Assembly (NCBI RefSeq): GCF_947568905.1
Contig: NC_079170.1
Span: 80,786,001-80,850,000, forward strand
Reading direction: 5' to 3'
Source of the DNA: Ostrea edulis
Taxonomy: Eukaryota
Length of the DNA stretch: 64,000 nt
The translations under genes and the position numbers were made by a program. Positions 25,071-37,032 of the stretch are shown in pieces. Under the pieces are notes generated by a model, which searched no databases, had not been told where the DNA came from, and was given only the letters and a program-made list of their open reading frames with translations. Within the stretch, counting starts at the first letter, position 1. Every line of letters begins with the position of its first letter.

Positions 25071-26125
25071 TGTGATGATTAACGGTCGGGCTCGGAAAAG
25101 TCGGGCTCGGGATGTATATAGCTATTACGTAAACCGGGCTTTATTGCTGTGCATTACGGGGAAAAGAGTACCAATTCATTTCCCATAGACCTCAATGTTA
25201 ACCTTTGGCCCTCTCACTAATTAACTATATCGATTTTAAATAAATGACCGTAAACATTTCAATGTTCATTCCAAGTGTTGATAAAAAATGACAAAAAATA
25301 TATAGGGTCCCGTGCCTTTTATAGGCCATATTTGTACTTTTTTACAACACATAGCAATCTGCAGTAAATTACACACTTCATTTAAAGCACACCCCTACCA
25401 TGGTCATTTCTCGATTTTGTACGATAATTTTTCATCCTGACAATTAATTTGAACCTCTATGATATTTCTTTCAATTCCAAATAATTTCACTCTTGATATT
25501 AGCCAATCACGCAACACCTAGACATTTATATCTCCGCTCAATCTTGGGTAAACTCCGTCCGGGTTACGCATACGGGGGTTTGGTACTCTCATTCCTATGA
25601 ATGCGTCCGAGGGTAGTTCGAGTGCACATCAGTATATAAGGCGGTGATGAGCGATATTTCGCCAGTTCATTGTCGGAGCTTGAAGGAGTAAGATCGCAGC
25701 AGAAGCGGTAAGGCGAGAATAAATTCAACCCTGGTTATGTTTAGTATACGGTGGCTAGTATACTGGTTTTAGGGTGTTATACAGTGAATTAAAACTGTTT
25801 GTTATATTTCGATATAATTGTACTCATAGAGTTCTGTCTGGGTATAGGACAGATCTGGAGATAGATCCGAGACCCGTACTTGTATAGGATACATACCTGT
25901 CCCGAGGATACATACCTGCCCGGACACAGACCATATGCCTAATTAGATTTGTTTGCTCTTATATTAGGGATAGATAATCCTAAGACTTATCTGTATAATT
26001 ATATTCACTCGTTCTTATTCACATCATTTTTCGTAATTATTTCTGATTGTCATTTTTCTATATATACAATCATTTATCTATCATTGTCTTGATCTATCCA
26101 AATTTACGGACCCAAACACGTTACA
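25071..26125 (+). mobile_element. Solo LTR (1055 bp), 4-bp TSD, probably Gypsy-type
   Basis: TG...CA termini (TGTGATG...GTTACA). CTAC is duplicated at 25067-25070 and 26126-26129. TATATAA at ~25633 and AATAAA at ~25718. The host HINE sequence resumes on both sides. Confidence 0.88.
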
Positions 26126-26500
26126 CTACTATCAATTAAATGATGTGTGTATAACCCTTTTCAATTTTGCACCATGGGGGGCATATGTGTTTTACAAACA
26201 TCTCTTGTTCATCTAGATTTTTTTAAATTGAAACACGCTTCTAGTTTATATAAATGTTTTATGTCAAATCTCTGTTCATTATCATGTGCCGAGTCTGAAG
26301 TAAGTTTCAAACCTGGACACTGTTTAATTTGTGAATAGGACTCTCAACAAACACGTCGAATACGACATGCAATACCTGTGTTTTAATACTTAAGGCTGCT
26401 AACGAGAACTTGTATGTTTTTCTGAATGAAAGTTGTTGACAAAGGCATGGTGCCTTTTACGAAAAACCGTTCTGAACTTTGCAAAGCTTTGGAAGAAAAT

Positions 26501-28128
26501 ACTTCAAGGCCAAACAAGGTAAATAACCGCTAAACAATTTCAGTTTATATGTATTCCAGTAGCAAATTGCTATGCTTAATCAATTTTTACAGGTGCATGT
26601 ACTTCGAATAATATTGAACTTTATTAATGCGTATTAAACTTCCCAGACCAGAGTCATGTACGGTTGCCAATTGTTGGTTGTTGAAAATAATACATACGAG
26701 TATACGAGCTTTTGGACTGCAATAGTATAGAATATTAAATATTTGATACACTCGTAACATGTAACCGTATGCATTGTATCTGATATCACCTTTCATTAAA
26801 AAACAAAAAAAAAGATAATCTAATTTTCACGATTTCAAAAATTATATTTAGACTACATGTATAATGTATTGACACATAAAATGTATTAAGCTTGTCCCTA
26901 GCACTGGGGAATCCTTCAGGTATTTAAATGACAAATACGTAATGAGTATAAATATGAATGAAGGTCAGTTCTACGTCACGAGTGCTGACACGGAGCTCCG
27001 ATTAGGGAAAATTCCCGCTTCGGTGCAACATCCTCTTTACGCCCCTTCAGGATCCACGCCCGATGCGCCCACGTGCACTTTATTTCAAATTTGAGAAAAA
27101 TACCCGAGGCTATAAACTGCACCGCTTAACGCCATATATACTTCATGTAGCTCCTTATAAATATTTTTTATTAACATTTTACTTATATTTCTGCTGGGAT
27201 ATTCACAGCCATTCGAATAGTCGCACTATTATTTATCAAGATCCATACGCACATCGTTAATATTCATGAGGAAATGTTTAAAACATACTTTTGTATACCA
27301 AAATGCTTCTCGTGGCCACTGATTTGGTCAACGGATATTATATTTGCATAAATTCTTCCTTGTATTGAATATACATAGTGTTTGCTTTTATTTTCCGCCA
27401 TTCAAAGTCAAATGATTCTTAAAATATTAATAATAAATTTACACCAATATTTTGACTGTAATAAACTTTGACTGTATCTCGATACAGGAGGCATCATGGA
27501 CACTGCGATACCTAAGTGACATAGATCTAGGCCTAGTCAATATTTAGTCAGATTCTTCACTGTCATTGAAAAAGGATACTACGACATGCCTATATAATAA
27601 TGTCAAAAGCACATTCACTATGTTTTAATTCATCATAATTTATTCTCTCTGTGAAAATATTACTGTAAGTGTACATCCGTGGTAACGTGCCCCGGGTACT
27701 TTTTTATTCAGGTCAGGGGTGGTTGGTATTTAAATAAAGTGCACCGTACCAATTAAGCTGGAATCTGTGGGCATCAGCTTTATTCATGTTAACAAATATT
27801 TGCATTGGTCGCTTACTAGTTTTAGGAATTTCGAAATAACCCCTAAGCATTCTAACCGATCCCTTCGTTTTGGCGTAATTCAAATCACGTACTTACAAAA
27901 ACGACCCCAGATGATTGTGTAATATAAATGTAAGTTGTTTTGTTGAATATCAAACATTCTTGCCAAAACTAGACTACGAGCAATTAAACAAAAGAAAATA
28001 TTTCCACAATGACAGTTTTGGAATACGTAACACTAGTTGGAGTTAGGGGGCGGGGACGGAGGGGCACCTGCAATAAAGATTTTGAATCTCGAAAATGTAC
28101 TCATATATATTTTATTAGAATACGATAT

Positions 28129-28199
<71 letters not shown>

Positions 28200-29985
28200 C
28201 ATATGGATATATCAGTGACAGATTGAAAACACATACGTGGTAGGTACAAAAATGTATATATACGATTGATATATTAACTTCGTTCCGTTCCGTTTCGCTA
28301 AATATTGATATCCACGCGGATATTGGTACATGTCGGAACGACACCAAATTGTTTTCATTTTCTTTCTATTACTTTTAAAGATAATCTAGAGTAAAAATGC
28401 ATGAACTGGTTTATATAAAGTTTTGCGTTTTGTAAACAACTTCATGATGCGTTATTTAAAAAATCAGTTTTATGCTGGATATTTGATGAATGATATTTTT
28501 TCTCTACAAATACAGCTGCTAGTCTTCTTTGCCTCTTTTTGTCCAAACTACGGATCTTCATTTTCGATGATTATAAAAAGAATAAGTCAATAACAACATA
28601 CTATGTCTGCAGCATTAACACTTCCATTTCGATATGTTTCGTTCCGTTCCGCTAAATCCACACGGATATGGGTATTTAACGAACCGGAGCCAGCGCAGAA
28701 AATGTGCATTCTGTATCAATAATAAATGCATATCAAAAAATTAAATCTAGCTCACAGTAACTACAGATATCAAAGCCTACGAAAATCCCACAGGAGGGGA
28801 CACAATTTTATATAAAAACTAGAACTTTAAAGTCCGGGATTTCATTTTACAACCATTTTCTTTTCAAAGTGGATTCCACTGCAAGGTCATCGTCGCAAGC
28901 CACGGCTGAAATGTCCGCTCCTCTCCTTAGGGTACATTTCAGTCGTGGCTTGAGGGAATGCCTCAAGGTATCCAACAACCGGCTCCGTTCTCAAGATACT
29001 CCACAACCGGCTACGTTCTCAATATACCACACAATCGACTCCGTTCCGTTTCGCAAAATACCAATAGCCCAGTTTTGAAGTCGAAGCAGTTGTATTCGGA
29101 AAACGTGTGACAATGTGCATAGTGCTGCATAATCAACACATTCGGGCAATTTGAAATGTCCCACAGGCAATTGTATCATTTAGGTTAGAAATTCGAACCC
29201 AAGCGACTGTTTACCCATCTTTTTAAATGTTAGAAGATATATTCAGATTTCTACGATCATTGTCACTAGTCTAGAAATATACATACCTCATCATGGAATT
29301 ATGCATGTTTGATGTTATAAAAATATGCATGCCTAACAATGGATAATTCAATTACCTCCTATATTCAGATGCCTTGTGGTGAAAATATTCACTAATTCTC
29401 TTCGACAATGGACCACTTTCCTGCAAAAAGCGGGCTTTTCGGACGAACAACCCCCACGCGCAGTTCGTGCTTTCCGTGTCAGAATGTCCGACTTATCCTT
29501 GAATTCATCGATTTCTAGTGTACAATCAGAACTCGTAATAGGTCGTTGATCGTTACTAGGAAGTATTTTTCCCGGAATGTTATCAGTTTGATACGACTAC
29601 ATATATTTCTGATAGTTTATATACTCGGTGTATATGTACGGTGATATATTTAGGACATGCAAATGTTTTTTGTTTTTTGTTTCCTTCTTATGTTGGAAAA
29701 TATTATGTCGCTCGAACGAGATATGATGTCGTTCGAACGAGATATTATCTCGTTCGCATGACTTATCATCTCGTTCGCACGAGATAATATCTCGTTCACA
29801 CGACTTATTATCTCGTCTGCACATGATATCTCGTTCGCACGGCATAATATCTCGTTCGCACGAAATAAGTTTTTGGTTTTTTATTGGGTTTTTTTACTTT
29901 GCACCTACTATATACTTGATTGACCAAAGTCTGTGGTATTCAACATAGGCACATGAAGGGTGGATAGCTTGTATAGATCTTATGT
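26501..29985 (+). repeat. Long direct repeat, copy A (3485 bp)
   Basis: Collinear with 35343-38818 from ACTTCAAGGCCAAACAAG to GTATAGATCTTATGT; paired ORF-track entries are identical or nearly so. Confidence 0.97.
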
Positions 29986-30225
29986 TCATTCATTCATTCA
30001 ATATTTTATTCCTCTTTGCAGAGAGTATATCAGAAATATATATATTACATTAAGGATGAATCATAGAACATATGTACAAATATGAAAATGTGAGAACAAA
30101 GAAAAAAAAAACAAAAAAAAAGAAGAAAAAAAAAACTACCATTACATAATTACATGTAAATGAATAAAAAAGAAAGGAAATGTAATATAAAAGGAACTTA
30201 TTGTATACTAACTTTTAGTTGAAAT

Positions 30226-33200
30226 TCATATGCACCTTTTGTATATAGCAAAAACTTTAATTAAATAATTCCCACATAGAAGTAGTAACTTTTTTTCCTT
30301 CTGTTCTGACAGTGGATAAATTGGGGCTTTACCTAACATATATGTATATAAATCTTCTTCATCAAGGGCACAGAATTCTGCACAGACACACAGATCAAGG
30401 TTTGTAATATCGTCCCAAAATTGTTCTCTGTTTGAGGAAAAGTTGGGACAACTGCAGGCAATGTGTTTAAACATATCATTATATTCGGAGTTACAAAGTT
30501 GGCATGTATATATGTTTCTCATGGGAGGTATTGTCCAGAGTTTAACTAAGGTTTTAATGATTTTGGTTTCTTGTGTCGACCATATGATTTTCCAAATTCT
30601 TGGCAACCCCTTTCCATCATGTAACTGTATAAATCGCGTAAAGTCTGAGTCAAGATATGTTCGTTTATTCCATTCACAATCTTCGTAAAGAGAAATAGAG
30701 GATTTTACAGGGTTTTTTCCAGGTATATTTGTTTGGGAAGGCACCAGATTCCAAGTAAGATGCAAGATATTGCGTCAAGGAGTACTTATCCAGAATGACT
30801 AGAATGTCTTTAATGAATCCGTGCGTGGTTTCCCATGGGTTACACAAAAATGTAAAGAGTCTGAAGAGAAATATTTGTTTCGCCAGCACATTATGAGAGA
30901 AATTGCACAGTTTTCCTAAAAACAATAGTTTCCTTTTATTAATTTCAGATATAATAGGTCTGAGACCTAATAAGCTTTCACACATATCGGACCGCGTTGA
31001 TAGATTCAAGCTTTGAATATCTTTAACGATAAAATGTTGAAGTCGACGCAACATCTGAAGATCCTGGGTTTTAAGATCATTCCAAATTTCACATCCATAT
31101 AATGTAGAAGGTATGACTACCTTTTTATAAAGATTCACAAGAGTAACTGGATTGGAATTTTCTGAAGATAAGTGTTTTATGGAGTAAAAAGATCGTCTGC
31201 CTTTGTCACATGCCTCCTTTGTCCTGGTTAGAGATTTGAAATGAGAGTTTTGAATGATCCCAAGATGATTGTAGTCACTCTTTACAGGAATGATTTCATC
31301 ACCCACTAACCATTGATTTGAGACGACATTGTGTGATTTACCGAATACTATAATACATGATTTTTTAGCGTTGAAAGAGAATCTCCATCTACAAGAATAA
31401 TTGTATGCTGCATCCAACATATTCTGGAGTGAGTGCGGAGTTGACGATAAACAGGCAATATCATCTGCGAGAGTAGGGGTCGATGACTCTATATTATGAA
31501 TTCCGAAGTTTTTATTGATGTGACCAAGTTCCTTAAGTAAGTCATTGAAATAAACTGTGTATAAAAATCCAGATAAGACACCGCCTTGCCGTATTCCTTG
31601 TTCAACCGGAAACCAGTCTGATCGTTGGTAATTTACAATTACAGCACTTTTGGTATCGATGTGGCAGTCGTCTATCAATGTCCATAATTTTCCCTTGATA
31701 CCTATTTCGTTAACTTTACAAAGCAATCCTTTTCTCCATACTGTATCAAAGGCTTTTCGGCTGTCTAGGAAACATGAATATACACGTGATCCGTTTTCAA
31801 TGTGATGTAAGATTGTTTCTTGAAGGTTAAATGCAGCTGTGATAGAACTTAAACCTTTATGAAAACCTTGTTGTTGAGGACTCGGGTATTTCTCTTTGAA
31901 TGTTACATTCATAATCCTTGTGTAGATGATTTTTTCAAAAACTTTGAATATAGTAGACAATAATGAAATGGGTCGGTAGCTGTCAGGAGAAGTTTTTTGT
32001 TTGTTTCCACCCTTGAAAATTGGTACTATAAAACCTTGTTTCCATCCAGAGGGGATTTTACCTAGTTTTATTATGCTGTTGAATAATACACATAAATATT
32101 TTGATAATACACTTTTTCCATGAATCAAATGTTCCGATTGAATTTTGTCGGGCCCAGGGGCTTTTTTTGATTTTAATAGTGTTATAGAATCAACTATTTC
32201 CTTTTCTGTAACATATCCACCTGGAAGATCGGCAGAATTTTCAGTTTCTTGTATTTTGATACGATTGTATTGTCGAATGGTATTGTTGTAAAATTGATTG
32301 TCATACATTTCATTTTGTCCGGGCTCGTACACAGTTGAGAAGTATTCAGCAAAAACTGAGGCGACACTTTCAGGTGTATTTCCTACTCTTTCGGCAAACT
32401 GTATTTCTGGATATAACTTTGTTTGGCGTGGTTTTTGTCGACGAATTAATTTCCAAAACAATCGAATGTCGATTCCTGCAGCGTTGTCGATATCTTCGTA
32501 CGTTTTTCGAATAAAGTCCTGGGAGGCGCTTTCTTGACATCGTCGGAAATGGCGTTTTGCATGTTTATACTCAGCATACGATATGTGCTGCATACCCCGA
32601 GGTCTTCCTTCTTTTACCCATTTGACTCTAAGTTCCATTTCGTTCTTATGAGCTTCATTTACTGAGGTATTCCAATAAGGTTTGGTATGAGGATTATATG
32701 AACACATGGGAATAGTTAGTTTGGCACTTTTTATCACAGCGTTAGCAATTTCTGTTGAATATGTATTTATATCATTTACAGACGACATGTTGTTCTCATC
32801 GAGCAGTATATGGTTTAAGTCTTTTTTCAGCTGATTACAGTACTTGATCTTTGTATCTGTGCATATTCTGTGCCACGCAGGCCATTTAGATGTGTTTGGT
32901 AATAATGTGTGTGGGTTTTCCAAAACTTCAACCTTAACTATTATAGGTAAGTGGTCTGAGGTGCTAGATATTATACCTTCTTCTATAATTGCATAATCTA
33001 AAATACGATTTTGTAGGGATTCACTAAAAATATATAATCTAACATGGTTTTACAGGGTACAAATGTATAAACATCTTGACATTGGTTTTTCTTACTACTA
33101 GTAACATCACAATACATATTGTTTTTCCTGACAAAATCTGTAAGTTCAGCTGATTTATAAATATTTGTTCTGTCAGCATCTTTTTGTAGTATGCTTCCAT

Positions 33201-33708
33201 TCATGTCACCAGCAAAAATTACATGACCATGATTTGAGTAATTAGTGAATAATCCGTTAAGTATATTCAACACTTCTCTATATTGATCAACATTGTTTTC
33301 AGAAGGTAAATACACACCAAAAACATATAATGGAACATGATTTGGAGTTTTTAAACAGATACCAACAACTCTGTTGGAGTTAGTGTAAACTGAAGATGTG
33401 TAAAATTCTAAGGAATTTTTGTATAATATTGCTACACCTCCTTTACCTATTTCATCATTTTTGTCCGATTTTTCAAATTTTGCTGCACTTATATAATTCT
33501 TATCAATACAATCAAAGAATTTAGAACATGATTCGGGTAACTTGTGTTCTGAGATTACAGCAATATCACAGTCAGATAAACGTAAAAGATTTGTCAAACA
33601 TACACTAGAGGACATAATTCCTCTGACATTCCAATTCAAAATTGTAAGTAACATATATACATGTACTATAGTGATACACAACATTATGTATTGTCTAAGA
33701 TTGTTCAT
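30226..33708 (-). CDS. LINE ORF2 (APE endonuclease, reverse transcriptase, C-terminal CxxC...H...C), split by two frameshifts (~33028 and ~30715)
   Basis: NWNVRG, ISEH, GKGGVAIL, AGDMN and SDHLP (APE); KAPGPD, RPISLL, QQGF, AFDTV, GIRQGGVLS and LADD (RT); CQLC...H...C. Confidence 0.93.
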
Positions 33709-35332
33709 TGTGAAGAGTATCTTTATAATCGTTTTGGCGACTTCGTTGTCTCTCATGTGCATTGATCCATGGACGGCATTTGACTCCGTGAGGCCAGAAT
33801 GAACACGCACATAATGTTTTACGATTTTCTTCGGGAACGTGGATTTTCGCAGACAAACAGTCCTGATTATATTTGGACTGGAATAAGGATAGATACGTCA
33901 CACGGATATTACTGTCTCGTACATAGTTAATAATGCCATCCCGAGTAGTGTCACAGTCTATGCCCGTGAGGTAAAATTGAGCGTTTCTCCGTCTATGATG
34001 CGTTATTCCGAGAAATACGTCTCGTTTTTGATTTGGATCATGGGCTTGATTTAGACCAGATTGTTTTGCTACAAACGGGTCGGGCTTCCGGGAAATATGC
34101 ACAGGGATGGGAATATTGTTTTTTGAGTGGCTACTGTCTGTCAGTGCTGGACAGGAACTACTAGTATCACTTAATTTTACACTTGACTGATGTTTTGGTG
34201 CATTATGATTTTCATCAGTAACTTCTTTCTGTACTTTGCATTTATCTGGACATTCTTGTGTGTTTCGCGTGGAATTCTCTGTTGTACCGTTATTTAGTGC
34301 CGAGCCTTGTGAATGATCACTGGACCGCGAAGTGCTTTCACTGATCCGAGACTGACTATCTGGGGCCCTCGGTGGGGTAACGACAGCAGCATATGACTTT
34401 GACATCTTAATATCAGACAATTGTTTCTGTAGACTTTGACAAAGTTTGGACAATCTAGATAATTCATTGCTGATTTTTTGAGATTTGGCTTGTTCCTCAG
34501 TAAAGTCAAGACCTTCAACACACTTCAGACGTGCCTTAGTGGTTTTACGAAAAGTTTCACATGATGTGGCATGGACTTCTATGTCACTTTTCATTTTATC
34601 AACTTCCGCAATTAATGAAGAATTTTTAGATTTGAGATCTGTTATAGTTTTTTGCATGTTTTTAATAATTTTGTCTGTGCCTGATGCGCTGACTTCAAGT
34701 TCATGCATACGTTCTACAAGTGTTTACGTTATGTAGTGTTGATCTATGGTAAATGCGCTTGATATTTCAGAAATATCTTGTTTTTTGTCAAAAACATCTG
34801 ATAGATGCGAATTGTCACCATTACAGAACATATAAAGAGCAAAACAGTCCTTTGCGTATCTTACTGAGCTTGGGTTGGCTTTAGTGTTTCTACGCTGTAT
34901 GAGGTTTCCCTTAGGACACCCTTCAATGGTTTTAGCCCTGCTACAAAGAAATGTCCTATATTCTATTATAAGCTGTTCGTTACTGGACGTTAACTGCAAC
35001 AGTTTTTCAATATACATTTCCTTTGGAAGATTTTGTAGAACATTGTCAAACGACTCAAAATCACATGTACAATTTGTCAGCACAGTATTGGGAAATGTCT
35101 CTTCAACCAAATTGTGCTCAGGTTGGTTTTCGCTCACTGGATTGTTTGTCAGAATATGGACTATTTCAGAGTTTTGTGGACTATATGCACATTGCATTGT
35201 ATCTTCCTCGTTCAAAACACTATCTATAGTATTGCTAAGGTTACTTACAGAGTCTGTAGTGGAACACATATTCCGTAAATTCGTATAACTTTTCTCAGTC
35301 AATCCGTTACGTCCGCCATCATCGAACGCCAT
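33695..35332 (-). CDS. LINE ORF1 (~545 codons) interrupted by one in-frame TAA at 34724-34726
   Basis: Track ORFs 34724..35332 and 33695..34708 are in the same frame, five codons apart. Heptad-like coiled-coil region and a C-terminal RRM-like FYLTGI...SAKIHV...FWPHGVKCRPW segment typical of LINE ORF1s. Confidence 0.85.
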
Positions 35333-35342
35333 TTTTCAACTA

Positions 35343-36989
35343 ACTTCAAGGCCAAACAAGGTAAATAACCGCTAAACAATTTCAGTTTATATGTATTCCA
35401 GTAGCAAATTGCTATGCTTAATCAACTTTTACAGGTGCATGTACTTCGAATAATATTGAACTTTATTAATGCGTATTAAACTTCCCAGACCAGAGTCATG
35501 TACGGTTGCCAATTGTTGGTTGTTGAAAATAATACATACGAGTATACGAGCTTTTGAACTGCAATAGTATAGAATATTAAATAGTTGATACACTCGTAAC
35601 ATGTAACCATATGCATTGTATCTGATATCACCTTTCATTAAAAAACAAAAACAAAAAAGATAATCTAATTTTCACGATTTCAAAAATTATATTTAGACTA
35701 CATGTATAATGTATTGACACATAAAATGTATTAAGCTTGTCCCTAACACTGGGGAATCCTTCAGGTATTTAAATGGCAAATACGTAATGAGTATAAATAT
35801 TCATGAATGAAGATCAGTTCTACGTCACGAGTGCTGACACGGAGCTCCGATTAGGGAAAATTCCCGCTTCGGTGCAACATCCTCTTTACGCCCCTTCAGG
35901 ATCCACGCCTGATGCGCCCACGTGCACTTTATTTCAAATTTGAGAAAAATACCCGAGGCTATGAACTGCACCGCTTAACGCCATATATACTTCATGTAGC
36001 TCCTTATAAATATTTTTTATTAACATTTTACTTATATTTCTGCTGGGATATTCACAGCCATTCGAATAGTCGCACTATTATTTATCAAGATCCATACGCA
36101 CATCGTTAATATTCATGAGGAAATGTTTAAAACATACTTTTGTATACCAAAATGCTTCTCGTGGCCACTGATTTGGTCAACGGATATTATATTTGCATAA
36201 ATTCTTCCTTGTATTGAATATACATAGTGTTTGCTTTTATTTTCCGCCATTCAAAGTCAAATGATTCTTAAAATATTAATAATAAATTTACACCAATATT
36301 TTGACTGTAATAAACTTTGACTGTATCTCGATACAGGAGGCATCATGGACACTGCGATACCTAAGTGACATAGATCTAGGCCTAGTCAATATTTAGTCAG
36401 ATTCTTCACTGTCATTGAAAAAGGATACTACGACATGCCTATATAATAATGTCAAAAGCACATTCACTATGTTTTAATTCATCATAATTTATTCTCTCTG
36501 TGAAAATATTACTGTAAGTGTACATCCGTGGTAACGTGCCCCGGGTACTTTTTTATTCAGGTCAGGGGTGGTTGGTATTTAAATAAAGTGCACCGTACCA
36601 ATTAAGCTGGAATCTGTAGACATCAGCTTTATTCATGTTAACAAATATTTGCATTGGTCGCTTACTAGTTTTAGGAATTTCGAAATAACCCCTAGGCATT
36701 CTAACCGATCCCTTCGTTTTGGCGTAATTCAAATCACGTACTTACAAAAACGACCCCAGATGATTGTGTAATATAAATGTAAGTTGTTTTGTTGAATATC
36801 AAACATTCTTGCCAAAACTAGACTACGAGCAATTAAACAAAAGAAAATATTTCCACAATGACAGTTTTGGAATACGTAACACTAGTTGGAGTTAGGGGGC
36901 GGGGACGGAGGGGCACCTGCAATAAAGATTTTGAATCTCGAAAATGTACTCATATATATTTTATTAGAATACGATATGAACTCTCTCTC

Positions 36990-37032
<43 letters not shown>

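Larger units (their letters stand above)
24140..26210 (-). mobile_element. HINE-type Helentron with a ~140-bp satellite array, interrupted by a micro-MITE and a solo LTR
   Basis: Minus-strand 5' end AACAAGAGATGTTTGTAAAACAC...ATGCCCCCC ending at 26210; about six monomers GACATCAAACTTGGTACAC...GAGGTCACATGGTCAAAGGTC across 24140-25060. Confidence 0.8.
29986..35342 (-). mobile_element. Near full-length APE-RT non-LTR retrotransposon (L2/CR1/RTE-X-like; clade unresolved) with a (TGAA)n tail
   Basis: ORF1 plus ORF2 (APE, RT, C-terminal Cys/His motif), an AT-rich 3' UTR, and TTCATTCATTCATTCA at the 3' junction. Confidence 0.95.

Noticed and set aside
26400-26518. Possible plus-strand exon ending AACAAG|GTAAAT across the left boundary of repeat A
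   Set aside because: Short open frame with upstream stops, no recognisable protein and no partner exons.
28009-28243. Low-complexity ORFs (LSLSLS, YIYIYI, ERERER), also at 13452, 22217, 36858 and 63564
   Set aside because: Translations of microsatellites or AT-rich tandem repeats.
32298-35288. Plus-strand ORFs overlapping the LINE (32298, 33542, 34485, 34875, 35023)
   Set aside because: Antisense shadows of the minus-strand ORF1 and ORF2.
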